Shown here: piece after piece, positions 31,247 to 41,167 of the stretch
How the letters are laid out: each line of letters begins with the position of its first letter
Numbering within the stretch: position 1 is the stretch's first letter
IMG/VR virus record: IMGVR_UViG_3300037457_000038
Coordinates: 32,001 to 96,000 of that record
Reading direction: 5' to 3' (one strand)
DNA length: 64,000 nucleotides
Source of the DNA: a virus
Position numbers and translations under genes: made by a program
Notes under the pieces: model-generated
Database searches by the model: none
Told to the model about the DNA's origin: nothing
What the model saw: only the letters and a program-made list of their open reading frames with translations

Positions 31247-32589
31247 ATGTCGAAGCGTAGCGATCAGCCCAGCCCCGCCGACAGCCCCCGCGCGCCGATC
31301 GACGACTACCGCGCCGCGCAGGCCCAGCGGGAACAGAACGCCGCCGACAAGCGCGAGCAGCTCGGCCAAGCCCGCACCCACGGCAACGCCCAGGGCGGTA
31401 CGCGATGACCACCGCTGCTCACCCCCGCGAAGGCGAACAGCCCCGACCCCACCCCGAACAGCCGCCGCCGCTGCCCCGACGCGAACCCGGAGGCTCACTG
31501 TGACCTGCTGCGGACGCCCCATGCAACGCCAAGGCAGCCAACTCGTCTGCACCAAATGCGGCGCCTGGTACCAGCCCGGAACCACTTCCGGGAGGCAGCA
31601 GTGACCAACTGCCCCCAATGCGGCGAAGCCACCGAAACCGGAGCCTGCCCACGCTGGGGATCACCCATCGGACACACCCCATAACCCACCACCGGCCCCG
31701 CACCTCACCGGGCGGGGACGGCAGGGAACCGGAACAGACCCGGGGCCACCACCAGGAGGACGACATGACCGACCACGAAAAGGCATACACCCGCGAGCTC
31801 AAAGCAGCAGAGGCGCAGCTGAACGAGCAGCTGAACAGCCAGAGCTCCCCGGACTACTCCCCCGCTGAACTGGCCCGCATCACAGAGAGCGCTGTGCTTG
31901 ACGCCCAGTTCCGGGCCAGCGAGGGAGAACGGTGACCTGCCCCAAGTGCGGCGCCCAGATGCGCCGCAAGGACGGGATCCCTTGGTGGATCTGCACCGAC
32001 CGTAACTGCGCCTGGCGCCAACCCGACTGACCAGCTACCCGCGCCGGGCGCGCCCACCAGCACGCCCGGCCCCCAACCCGACCACCACCCAGGAGCACCC
32101 ATGGACACCACGAACACCACCACCGCCTGGCCCGAGGGCACCATCGCCCGCTACCTGACCGTCGGCGGCGCCACCGTCGATATCAGCCACGACATGTACT
32201 ACCTCGCCGACACCGAGCCGAACACGACGATCGCCCGGTGCGGAGGCGGAGGCTGCGCCGCCCACCACCAAGAGCGCTGGGGCCCCTACGCCGACCGCCT
32301 CAGCAACGGCAGCAGCGGTGCCGACGCCGAAGCCCGCGCATGGGCCCAAGCCCACGCCGAGACCTGCCGCGCCCTACCCCGCCCCGCCTGACCCCCACCA
32401 ACCGGCCGGGCCGTGACACCCACGGCCCGGCCCCAACCCGCCGGAGCCCCCATGCGCCACCTCGACTCGCCGCTGGCCCGCTGGGCCTTCCCCGCCGTCG
32501 GCATCTTCGCCCTCACCCAAGGACTCCTGCTCCCCGCCCTCCTCTGCGGCATCGTCACCGCAGCCGCCTGGAAGGTCCACCGCCGATGA
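31247..32589 (+). CDS. Small genes leading the transfer operon (31247-31408, 31765-31935, 32101-32391, 32452-32589 and others)
   Basis: AGGAG-type RBS motifs; GC-rich hairpins between genes. Confidence 0.55.
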
Positions 32590-33527
32590 CCCGCCGCCGA
32601 CTCCGTGTTCGCGTCCGCTCCCCGCTCCTCATCCCTGCGGTGCTTCTGTCCACCGCATCCCTCGCCTGGACCACCTGGTCCCTCGTCGACCTCCTCGGCA
32701 CCGGCTGGATCGGCGTCACCGTCGCCGCCGGAGCTGACATCGTCTGGGCCGCCGTCATCGCCGCCGAAGCCCGCGGCCTCCACATCGCCGCACCCGCGTG
32801 GAAGAAGCGCGACAAGAGCGACAAGCGCCGCAACCCCGTCCCCGCCATCGGCTGGGCCGCGCTCCTCGCCGTCGCCGGACTCCTCGTCTGGCACGGCATC
32901 CGCGCAGACAGCCTCCCCATGGCAGTCGCAGGCCCCCTCCTGCCCCTCGGCGCCAAAGTCGTCTGGCTCCTCGCCCTCGCCGACATGCGCGACCCAGCCG
33001 CACTCACCGACGACGAACAGCACACCCTCGCCGCGATGGAACGCGGCATGGCCTTCGAGCGGGCCCGGCACCGCATCGAGATGGAGCGCCGCGCTATGAG
33101 CGCCGAGCTGCTCCTCTCCGAGGTGTCCACCGACTTCGACATCGAGGTAGCGCGCCAAGACCGCAGTAGGGAGCTTCACCGCCGCCGCCCCCTGGAACTG
33201 CCCGCATCCCCTGAAGCGCCACCCGGTGCGCCTCATGAGACGCCTGAAGCGGTTCCTGAAACGGCTGAGACGCACCATGAGGCGCACCACGAAACGCCCG
33301 ATGAAGCAGCAGGTCACCCCACGCATGTCCTCCCGGATGAAACGCCCAGCCTCGTCGGACTCAAGACCAACCAGGCAGTGCTGCGCATCCATGAAGCGGA
33401 CCCCACCGCATCATCGCCTCAAATCGTGGAGCGGCTGAAGCGGCACGGCATCACCACCACGGACGGCTACGTCCGCACCGCGCTCAAGCGTGCCAAGGAG
33501 AAGCGGGGGGAGGGGTTCTACCCGTGA
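32586..33527 (+). CDS. SpdB-like multi-TM spread protein
   Basis: Four TM segments, coiled coil, Pro/Glu/His linker, C-terminal HTH-like segment; upstream of an FtsK ATPase. Confidence 0.65.
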   Translation: MTRRRLRVRVRSPLLIPAVLLSTASLAWTTWSLVDLLGTGWIGVTVAAGADIVWAAVIAAEARGLHIAAPAWKKRDKSDKRRNPVPAIGWAALLAVAGLLVWHGIRADSLPMAVAGPLLPLGAKVVWLLALADMRDPAALTDDEQHTLAAMERGMAFERARHRIEMERRAMSAELLLSEVSTDFDIEVARQDRSRELHRRRPLELPASPEAPPGAPHETPEAVPETAETHHEAHHETPDEAAGHPTHVLPDETPSLVGLKTNQAVLRIHEADPTASSPQIVERLKRHGITTTDGYVRTALKRAKEKRGEGFYP

Positions 33528-33835
33528 AACCCCTCGACCGGTTCACTCTCGCCGCGATCACCACCGTCGCGGTCCTCGCCGCTTTCCTCACCGCGACCTG
33601 GATCCCCACCCACTACACCCCGGGCCCGCTCCTCACCTGGGCCTGCGTCTACACCGCCACCACCCTCACCCTCGCCCGAGCCACCCGCCTCCCCCCAGCC
33701 CGAACCCTCTACGCCGCCACCCTCCTCACCGCCACCGCACTCCGCATCCTCCTCACCGGCCTAGCCCGAGCCCTCGACCACGCCACCACCGCAGGCACCG
33801 CCCTCCTCACCGACCAGAAGGCCAGCACGCGATGA
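33524..33835 (+). CDS. Small membrane protein of the transfer module
   Basis: Three hydrophobic segments; coupled to both neighbours. Confidence 0.6.
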   Translation: MKPLDRFTLAAITTVAVLAAFLTATWIPTHYTPGPLLTWACVYTATTLTLARATRLPPARTLYAATLLTATALRILLTGLARALDHATTAGTALLTDQKASTR

Positions 33836-35772
33836 CCAGCGAGCCGCCCGCGTACTACACCCCCCAGCCGATGACGACGACGGCCAGCACACCGTCCGCA
33901 TACCGGCTGACCAGGCCCATCACCCCGTCGTCATCGTCGTCATCGTCACGTGGCGGCCTGTGGGGGCGCTGCGCCCTGTGGCTCGCAACCAGCGCACGGT
34001 GGGTATCACGGCGCCGCTACGAACTCGCCCCAGCCGGGGCCATCACCGCGCTCACCACACTCGGACTCGCCCAAGACGGGCTGACAGCAGCGCTCGCCTA
34101 CGGCACGCTGGCCGCCGGATCCGGAGCCCTCGCCGTGGCCGGGCTGCGCCACAAGAACGAGGTCGTCACCCATGTCGGTGCGGGCGGTGCCCTGGCCCTG
34201 GCCGATGTCACTACCGCGGTCGCCGCCGGCCTGTCCTGGCCCACTTTGACTGCGTGGACGTTGACGACGGGTGTGGCGTACGGGGTGTACGGGCCGTGGC
34301 TCGCCGGGCAGCGCAATGCCCGGCTCAAGCTGCACGTCGACAGTGTGAAAGCGAAGGGCGCGCTGCCGGACGTGCTCGGCCTGGAGGCCGCTGATCCCGG
34401 CCTGACCGGAGCATCACCGGAGGAGACGGCGCTGCGCCGTGCTCTGCACGCTCTGACCGGCCACACCCCCACGACCGTGGATGCGATGCACCGCACCGGC
34501 ACCGGATGGTCCTGCATCGTCACCATGCCCCCCGGGAAAGCCACCGCACCCGAGGCGCTGGTGAAACGGAAGGCGCAGCTGGCGGCGAACCTCGGCCTTC
34601 CCGGAACACTCACCCTCACACCCGGGCCCGACAGCAACCAGCTCGTCGTCCGCATGGCCACCGCCGACACCCTCGCCGACACCCTCAACGTCACCGACAC
34701 CGGAGTCACCACCTGCCGCGAACCCGTCCTCCTCGGCCGCAACGAAGACGGGCATCCGTTCCACCTCACGGTGCTGTACCGCCACACGTTGATCGCCGGT
34801 GCATCCGACTGGGGGAAGTCCGGCATCGTGAACCTGGTCCTCAAGCGCCTCAACCGGTGCGAGGACGCCGACCTGTACGGCATCGACATGAAGCCCGGCG
34901 CGCCCGAACTCGGCCCGTGGCGGGGCCGCATGAAGACTCTGGCCACCAACCCGGAGCAGGCGCGGGGGCTGCTGGAGTGGATCCGCGCAGAGTGCGACCG
35001 GCGCGGTCAGGTCCTCGCCGAACTGTCCCGCAAGGCCATGGCCGAAGGAGCGGGCCCGGTCCGCAAGTGGGTGCCCGGCGTTCACGGCAGCGCGGTGTTC
35101 GTGTTCACCGATGAGCTCGCCGAGCTGGTGCGGCAGGACAAGGAACTTGCGGAGCTGTACGAGAGCCTGCTGGCAATCGCCCGCTTCCTCGCCATCCACT
35201 TCGTGTCCGCCACCCAGCAGCCCTCCCGGAAAGTGTTCGGCGGGTCCACGGACGCCCGCGGGAACTACGCCAACCGCATCTGCACCCGCGCCGGCGAGGC
35301 AGGGCACGGCCCGCTGATCTTCGGGCAGGGCAGCCAGAGCCGCGGCTGGCGCCCCGAACTACTCGACCTGCCCGGCAAGTTTTTGGCGCAGACCCCGGAG
35401 CACGACACCCCGCGCACCTACCGGGCCGAGTACGTCTCGGATGCCGACATCGCCGACGAGGTCGGCTTCTACCACTCCGACATCCGCGACACCAAGGAGC
35501 AGCCCGCACTGACTGAAGAGCCGTGGGTCGAGGCATTCGCCCCGGCACGGCTCCCCGACGGCACCCCTGTCGGCGACGCCTGGCCGCACCTCTACCGGAT
35601 CCTTACCGACCGCGGCTCGGTCACCAAAAAGGAGCTCGCCTCTACCGCCGGGGTGTCCCGGGACACGGCCATGCGCGCCATCGAGACATGGGAGCGGCAC
35701 GGCGTGCTCTCCCACCGGGACGGCCGCTCCACCCGCTACTACCTCCCCAAGGAGCAGACTGATGCTTCCTGA
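33832..35772 (+). CDS. traB: FtsK/SpoIIIE-family DNA translocase, TraB-like
   Basis: N-terminal TM region; Walker A GASDWGKS; IDMKPG; Walker B VFVFTDE; ATQQP; C-terminal winged helix (SVTKKELASTAGVSRDTAMRAIETW..STRYYL). Confidence 0.85.
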   Translation: MTSEPPAYYTPQPMTTTASTPSAYRLTRPITPSSSSSSSRGGLWGRCALWLATSARWVSRRRYELAPAGAITALTTLGLAQDGLTAALAYGTLAAGSGALAVAGLRHKNEVVTHVGAGGALALADVTTAVAAGLSWPTLTAWTLTTGVAYGVYGPWLAGQRNARLKLHVDSVKAKGALPDVLGLEAADPGLTGASPEETALRRALHALTGHTPTTVDAMHRTGTGWSCIVTMPPGKATAPEALVKRKAQLAANLGLPGTLTLTPGPDSNQLVVRMATADTLADTLNVTDTGVTTCREPVLLGRNEDGHPFHLTVLYRHTLIAGASDWGKSGIVNLVLKRLNRCEDADLYGIDMKPGAPELGPWRGRMKTLATNPEQARGLLEWIRAECDRRGQVLAELSRKAMAEGAGPVRKWVPGVHGSAVFVFTDELAELVRQDKELAELYESLLAIARFLAIHFVSATQQPSRKVFGGSTDARGNYANRICTRAGEAGHGPLIFGQGSQSRGWRPELLDLPGKFLAQTPEHDTPRTYRAEYVSDADIADEVGFYHSDIRDTKEQPALTEEPWVEAFAPARLPDGTPVGDAWPHLYRILTDRGSVTKKELASTAGVSRDTAMRAIETWERHGVLSHRDGRSTRYYLPKEQTDAS

Positions 35773-36070
35773 GCATCGGCATCACGCCGACTGTGACCAC
35801 TACCGGCCCGGCGACCTGACCGGGCATCCGCCACAGATCGTGCATGTGCACCAGGCCGCGGCGCCGGACAGGTCGTTGCAGCGCGCCGCGTTCGGTGCCG
35901 GGGTCGGTGCCGGGACAGTCGCCGCAGGCGTCTACTTCGGGCCGCTGCTGGTGGCCGCGCTGTCATCCATCGCCGTCACCCTCGCTGTCACCGCGCTGGC
36001 CGTCGCCGTCTGCGCGTGGGCTGTCGTCACCGTCGTGCGGGCCGTGTCCGGCACCAGCCGTAAGGGCTGA
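35762..36070 (+). CDS. SpdD-like small membrane protein
   Basis: Overlaps traB; Gly/Ala-rich then hydrophobic C-terminus, like AICE spread proteins. Confidence 0.55.
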   Translation: MLPEHRHHADCDHYRPGDLTGHPPQIVHVHQAAAPDRSLQRAAFGAGVGAGTVAAGVYFGPLLVAALSSIAVTLAVTALAVAVCAWAVVTVVRAVSGTSRKG

Positions 36071-36163
36071 CCCCGGGTTCTTCCGTGACCCCCGGAACCT
36101 GTGTCCGGGGTGCGCGGTGGGACCCGGGAACCGCCCCGGACCACACCCGAAAGGAACCTCGTC

Positions 36164-37165
36164 ATGGGCCTGTTCAAGAAGACCCCCGAAGAGCGCGCCG
36201 CGATCGACCAGATGAAGGCCGCGGACGCCGCCCTCAACGACAACTCCGACCGCGAGAAGGCCTCCGGCATCACCGAGGAGACACCCGAATACCAGCGCCT
36301 CAACCGCGCCGCGAACGATGCCGCAGCGAAGGTTTCGCGGTGGCACGGAGGCACCAAGCGCCGCTGACCGGCCACCTGCCCGTAACTCAACCCACCAGAG
36401 GAGATGACATGCGCCTGAACCCCTACGTATGGGGCGCCGACACCGTGAGCGGCGTCGCACGCAACATCCGCCGCCACGTGTCCGAAGACCCGGCCGACCA
36501 CGAGGCCGCTGAGCGGGAGACCCGCGAGGCGGATCGCCGCTGGAACCAGCCCAAGAAGTCCAAGCGCTGACGGATGCCTGTCGCCCCCGCGCCACGCCGT
36601 GCGGGGACGGCAGGGAGCCGGGACAGCCCCGGTATCCACCAACCAGAGAGGAGCCCAGCCATGGGCCTGTTCACCCGCAAGACACACACCACCGAGCCCG
36701 GTATCGACCCCGAGTCCGGCGAACCCGTCATCAACATCCGCTCCCACAAGACCGGTGGGCACATCGTGACCTCCCGCCGCACCCAGGCCGAAGCCGACGC
36801 TGAAGCCAACCGCCTCGCCCGCGCCTGGAAGAACCTGGAGAACTGACATGGCATCGCCCCGCTCGTACACGACCGCTGAGAAGCGGAAGAAGGCCGCTCT
36901 CGTTCTCAAGGGCGCCCGTGGTGCCTACGGAGACACCGGCCGTATCGAGGCGCAGATCGACCGGATCAACCAGCGGGCGGAGCAGCGCGCCGTCCTGGAG
37001 CTGGACGCGCTGAGGACTGCCGAGGCCCAGGCCGAACGCGAGCTGGCCCAGGCGAAAGCTGCTGAACGTGGCGCGCCCCGCAGCGAACGCGCAGCAGCCA
37101 AGCAGGCCGTCAAGGACGCCCGCCAGGCCCTGGACCGCGCCGCCAGGGCCCGCCGCAAGCGCTGA
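36164..37165 (+). CDS. Four small hypothetical genes (36164-36367, 36409-36570, 36661-36846, 36848-37165)
   Basis: RBS motifs; two start with ATGGGCCTGTTCA (MGLF). Confidence 0.6.
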
Positions 37166-37322
37166 CCGCCCGGTACGGTGGGTGGGTCGCACGGGTGGGA
37201 GGTCACTGCCCGGGCGCGTCCCCCCAGAGGCCCCGCTGTCACGCCGTCAGCGGGGCCTCGCACGTACCCCGGACAGCCTGCGCCCCGGTCAACGGCACAC
37301 TTGGCCCCAAGGAGGTGACCTC

Positions 37323-37895
37323 GTGGACTACAAGCAGCCCCGCAGCAACAGAGGCCAATTCATCCGCACCACCACCAGCGCCGAACGCGACGCCGATGCC
37401 GCCCGCCTCCGCGACACCGGCATGGGATACAAGGAAATCGCCGAACAACTCGGCTACTGCGACAAGGGCCAGGCATGGCGCGGCGTACAACGCACCCTCA
37501 CCGAAATCGTCCGCGAACCAGCCGAGAAGCTCCGCCAGACCGAGGCCAACAGGCTCGACGACCTGTACGTCGACGCCCTCAACATCCTCGAACGCGACCA
37601 CGTCATGGTGTCCCACGGCAAGATTGTTTACGGCGAAGACGGGCGTGCCCTGCTGGATGACGGGCCGAAGATCGCCGCGATCCGTGAGCTCCGGCAGATC
37701 CGCGAGTCCTACCGCAAGCTGTTCGGCGCTGACGCAGCCAAGCAGATCGACATCGCCCTCGAACAGCGCATCGACCTCGACGCGCAACTCGTCACCGACG
37801 CCCTCACCGCAGCACTCGACGCAATCGACCTGACGGATGAGCAGCGGGCGGTAGCGCTCGGTGCGGCTCAACAGCGGTTGCAGGAAGCGGATTGA
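37323..37895 (+). CDS. terS: Putative terminase small subunit (HTH)
   Basis: AAGGAGG RBS; AARLRDTGMGYKEIAEQLGY HTH; helical body; start of the late region. Confidence 0.65.
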   Translation: MDYKQPRSNRGQFIRTTTSAERDADAARLRDTGMGYKEIAEQLGYCDKGQAWRGVQRTLTEIVREPAEKLRQTEANRLDDLYVDALNILERDHVMVSHGKIVYGEDGRALLDDGPKIAAIRELRQIRESYRKLFGADAAKQIDIALEQRIDLDAQLVTDALTAALDAIDLTDEQRAVALGAAQQRLQEAD

Positions 37896-37950
37896 CAGCA
37901 TCCCGTGGAAAACTGGAAGCAACCATTCCGGCCCCACACGGGAGACCTCC

Positions 37951-38262
37951 ATGATCAAGGTTTGCACCACCCTCGAATCCGGCGCAGAAATCTGCACCAC
38001 CATCGACCTCGCCAACGACGCCGCATCCCGCGCCTACACCACCACCCTCGGCAACGGCAGCGACAGCACGTTCACCCTCACCCACAACCTTGACAGCCTC
38101 GACCTCGTGCCCGTCATCCGCGGCATCGCCAGCGGCAACCTCACTAACACAAGCCCCACCGTGATCGCAGTCGACGCCAACACGGCGCGCCTCGTCTTCG
38201 AGAACGTGCCCACGCAGGGTCAGTTCCAGGTGACGCTCCTCGCTGTCGCCCCGACCGCCTGA
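37951..38262 (+). CDS. Small Thr-rich beta-sandwich protein, possible virion decoration
   Basis: GNGSDSTFTLTHNL..VIAVDANTARLVF; own promoter-like TTGACA at 37891-37896. Confidence 0.55.
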   Translation: MIKVCTTLESGAEICTTIDLANDAASRAYTTTLGNGSDSTFTLTHNLDSLDLVPVIRGIASGNLTNTSPTVIAVDANTARLVFENVPTQGQFQVTLLAVAPTA

Positions 38263-38319
38263 CCGGCACCACACCAGCCCGGGGCGGCAGACCCCCACCT
38301 GCCGCCACCCTCCGGCAGT

Positions 38320-38352
38320 CCGGAATGATCTTGACGGGGTGCGGTGCATCCT
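38320..38352 (+). promoter_or_regulatory. Late-promoter motif copy 1
   Basis: CCGGAATGATCTT-N14-CATCCT-N7-ATG (38360); no RBS, so probably leaderless. Confidence 0.75.
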
Positions 38353-38359
38353 CCCGCCC

Positions 38360-39370
38360 ATGAGACTGCTGCTCACCGGATCCGCGGGTTTCGTCGGCTC
38401 CCACGTACTCGCCCACCTGCTCGCGCACACGGACGCTCAGATCGTGTGCCCGTGGACCCTGCGCCACCACGGCAACACCCAACGCCTCGCCGACGCACTC
38501 GACCAATCCGGCGCCGACCAGTGGGAAGGCCGCGTAACCACCGTCATGCACGACCTCGCGTGTCCCATGCCGACGACGCTCGTCGACGAGATCGGCCCGG
38601 TGGACGCGATCCTCAACATCGCCTCCGAGTCCCACGTTGACCGCGCCATCGCCGACCCGACGCCGTTCGTACGGAACAACGTCGAGCTGATGCTGAACGT
38701 CCTCGAATACGCCCGCCAAGTCCGCCCGCGGATGCTGCTGCACATGGGCACCGACGAGGAGTACGGCCCGGCGTACGGCGACTACAAGCACCGCGAGTGG
38801 GACACCGTGCTGCCCTCGAACCCGTACTCGGCGTCGAAGGCCGCGCAGTCCGCGCTGGCGACTGCGTGGTGGCGCACTTTTGGGGTGCCTGTCGTTCTCA
38901 CCAGGACCATGAATCTTGTGAGTCCGGCCCAGGACCCGGAGAAGTTCGTGCCCACGATCATCCGCAAGGTGCTCGCCGGGGAGACGGTGCAGATCCACTC
39001 CAGCCCCGAAGGTGTGCCCGGCTCCCGGCACTGGATCGACGCCCGTGAATTCGGCGCCGCGTGGCTGCACCTGCTGAACACGGTCGAACCGGAGATGTAC
39101 CCGGACACCGACCGGCCGTCCATGTTCCACGTCGTCGGCGAGGAGCGGACGAACCTTCAGATCGCGCAGACGATCGCCGACCTCCTGGGCCGACCGCTGA
39201 AGTACGAACTCGTCTCCTTCCATTCCAGCCGGCCAGGCCACGACCTCCGCTATGCGCTGGACGGCAGCAAGCTCGCCGAAGCGGGATGGACGCCGGGGCG
39301 CCCGATCGAGGAGACGCTCGCGGACATCGTGAAGTGGTACGCCGACAACCCGGCCTGGCTCGCCGCGTGA
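38360..39370 (+). CDS. dTDP-glucose 4,6-dehydratase-like extended SDR (RmlB-like)
   Basis: TGSAGFVG, ASESHVDRAI, TDEEYG, PSNPYSASK, EKFVP, RPGHDLRYALD. Confidence 0.92.
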   Translation: MRLLLTGSAGFVGSHVLAHLLAHTDAQIVCPWTLRHHGNTQRLADALDQSGADQWEGRVTTVMHDLACPMPTTLVDEIGPVDAILNIASESHVDRAIADPTPFVRNNVELMLNVLEYARQVRPRMLLHMGTDEEYGPAYGDYKHREWDTVLPSNPYSASKAAQSALATAWWRTFGVPVVLTRTMNLVSPAQDPEKFVPTIIRKVLAGETVQIHSSPEGVPGSRHWIDAREFGAAWLHLLNTVEPEMYPDTDRPSMFHVVGEERTNLQIAQTIADLLGRPLKYELVSFHSSRPGHDLRYALDGSKLAEAGWTPGRPIEETLADIVKWYADNPAWLAA

Positions 39371-40146
39371 CCGGGCCACCGACTGTGCACCTCGGCGACG
39401 CCCTTGCGTGGCTCCAGAGCCTCGACACCGCATCCGTCGACGCGGTCATCACCGACCCGCCATACAGCAGTGGCGGCATGGTCCGAGGCGACCGGGCCGG
39501 AACAACCACAAAGATCAAGTACACCGGCGACAAAGCGAACTCCGAGTACGCCGACTTCTCCGGCGACAACCGCGATCAACGCGGATGGGGCTACTGGATG
39601 ACGCTCTGGCTCAGTGAAGCCCTCCGCGTCACCAAACCCGGAGGCGCCCTGGTCATGTTCTGTGACTGGCGCCAACTGCCCACCGCGACCGACGTAATCC
39701 AGTCCGGCGGCTGGGTGTGGCGCGGCCTCGTTCCGTGGATCAAGCCCGACTCCCGGCCTCAGCTCGGCCGCTTCACGCAGAACGCGGAGTTCGTCGCCTG
39801 GGGCAGCAACGGCCCTATGCCCAGCGAGGGCGACTGTCTTCCGGGCTACTACCTTGCTCGCGCGCCGCGCGCCAACGAGGGGCGCCAGCACATCACGCAA
39901 AAGCCCGTCGATGTCCTGCGGTCCCTCGTGCGTATCGCCCCCATAGGCGGCCTCGTCGTCGACCCGTTCACAGGATCTGGGACTACGGGCGTGGCCTGCA
40001 TCCACGAAGGCCGACACTTCGCCGGATGCGAGTCAGTCGCTGCCCACCACGCGACGGCTGTGTCCCGGCTCGCGGTAGCGGCAGGCCACGCAGTGCCGAA
40101 CGGCATGCAGGGCGCCTTGGACTTCGCGGAGTTGTGTGATGGGTGA
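39367..40146 (+). CDS. DNA amino-methyltransferase (N6A/N4C, beta class)
   Basis: ITDPPY before HITQKP and VVDPFTGSGTTG. Confidence 0.9.
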   Translation: MTGPPTVHLGDALAWLQSLDTASVDAVITDPPYSSGGMVRGDRAGTTTKIKYTGDKANSEYADFSGDNRDQRGWGYWMTLWLSEALRVTKPGGALVMFCDWRQLPTATDVIQSGGWVWRGLVPWIKPDSRPQLGRFTQNAEFVAWGSNGPMPSEGDCLPGYYLARAPRANEGRQHITQKPVDVLRSLVRIAPIGGLVVDPFTGSGTTGVACIHEGRHFAGCESVAAHHATAVSRLAVAAGHAVPNGMQGALDFAELCDG

Positions 40147-40816
40147 CCTCTTCAGGGCGGCCGTCATCCCGACCCGTGACCGGCACGACATGGTGGCCGA
40201 CTGCATCGGCTCCGTCGTCGACCAGGTCGACCGCGTCATCGTCATCGACAACCAGTCCGATCCGCCGATCGATCCCGAGCCGTGGCACGGCAAGGTCAGC
40301 GTTGTCGCCGTCCCTCTCGATCCGCCGAACATCTCCACCCTGTGGAACGTCGGCCTCGCCCTCGCCGACGCACAAGCCCACCAGCATCAAGCGGACCGGT
40401 GGGACATTGCCGTCCTCAACAGTGATGTGACCGTGCCCCCGGGCTGGATCGACGGCCTGTCCACGGCGATGCGCTCGACCACAGCGGTGCTCGCCTACCC
40501 CGACCAGCACGGCGGCAAGCAAGCCATCCTGCACACGAAGGCCGAGCCGATCGACCTACGGCAGCGGATCACCGGCTACGCGTTCATGATGCGTGGCGAG
40601 ATCGGCCAGCGGTTCGACGAGGACCTCGCATGGTGGTACGGCGACGATGCGGCCGACTGGACTGCGCGGGAGAACGGCGGGGCGCTCCTCGTGCCCGGCC
40701 TGGCAGTCGAACACCGCTGCCCCAACGGCTCCATCTACGAGCGCCCGGAACTCCGCGCCCAGACCGCCCGTGACCGCGAGACGTTCCACCGGAAATGGGG
40801 GCGCACCCCATGGTGA
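40139..40816 (+). CDS. GT-A fold glycosyltransferase (GT2-like)
   Basis: VIPTRDR, VIVIDN, WNVG, VLNSD, WWYGDD. Confidence 0.8.
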   Translation: MGDLFRAAVIPTRDRHDMVADCIGSVVDQVDRVIVIDNQSDPPIDPEPWHGKVSVVAVPLDPPNISTLWNVGLALADAQAHQHQADRWDIAVLNSDVTVPPGWIDGLSTAMRSTTAVLAYPDQHGGKQAILHTKAEPIDLRQRITGYAFMMRGEIGQRFDEDLAWWYGDDAADWTARENGGALLVPGLAVEHRCPNGSIYERPELRAQTARDRETFHRKWGRTPW

Positions 40817-40819
40817 ACC

Positions 40820-41167
40820 ATGGCCGCGAAGCCACACGACCAAGCAACCGAAAGGATGATCAGCATGGCGCAGAGGACTGACCTCGTCGCGGAGATCGAA
40901 ACCACCCTGGACGGGTCCGGCGACTACACCGGCCCCTGGATCGACTCGGCAGGCATCTTCAAGGTCCGTGTCGTCAACGTCGGATCCGGTATCCGGATCG
41001 AGCAGTCCAACGATCAGACGAACACAGTGCAGATCAGCACGGTCGATGTCGGGGTCGAGGGGCCCTATAGGCATGAGGAAATCGCGATCACCGCACGGTA
41101 CTTCCGCGTCAGGGGGTATGGGGACGCGAACGCTCCACTGCACGCGGCCGTCCGGGTTGTTGCGTGA
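40820..41167 (+). CDS. Hypothetical beta-rich protein
   Basis: Coupled within the cassette; ARYFRVR motif. Confidence 0.55.
   Translation: MAAKPHDQATERMISMAQRTDLVAEIETTLDGSGDYTGPWIDSAGIFKVRVVNVGSGIRIEQSNDQTNTVQISTVDVGVEGPYRHEEIAITARYFRVRGYGDANAPLHAAVRVVA

Noticed and set aside
30674-37165. Independent AICE or plasmid inserted in the phage
   Set aside because: No own integrase, RCR Rep or flanking direct repeats recognised; treated as a phage-borne module
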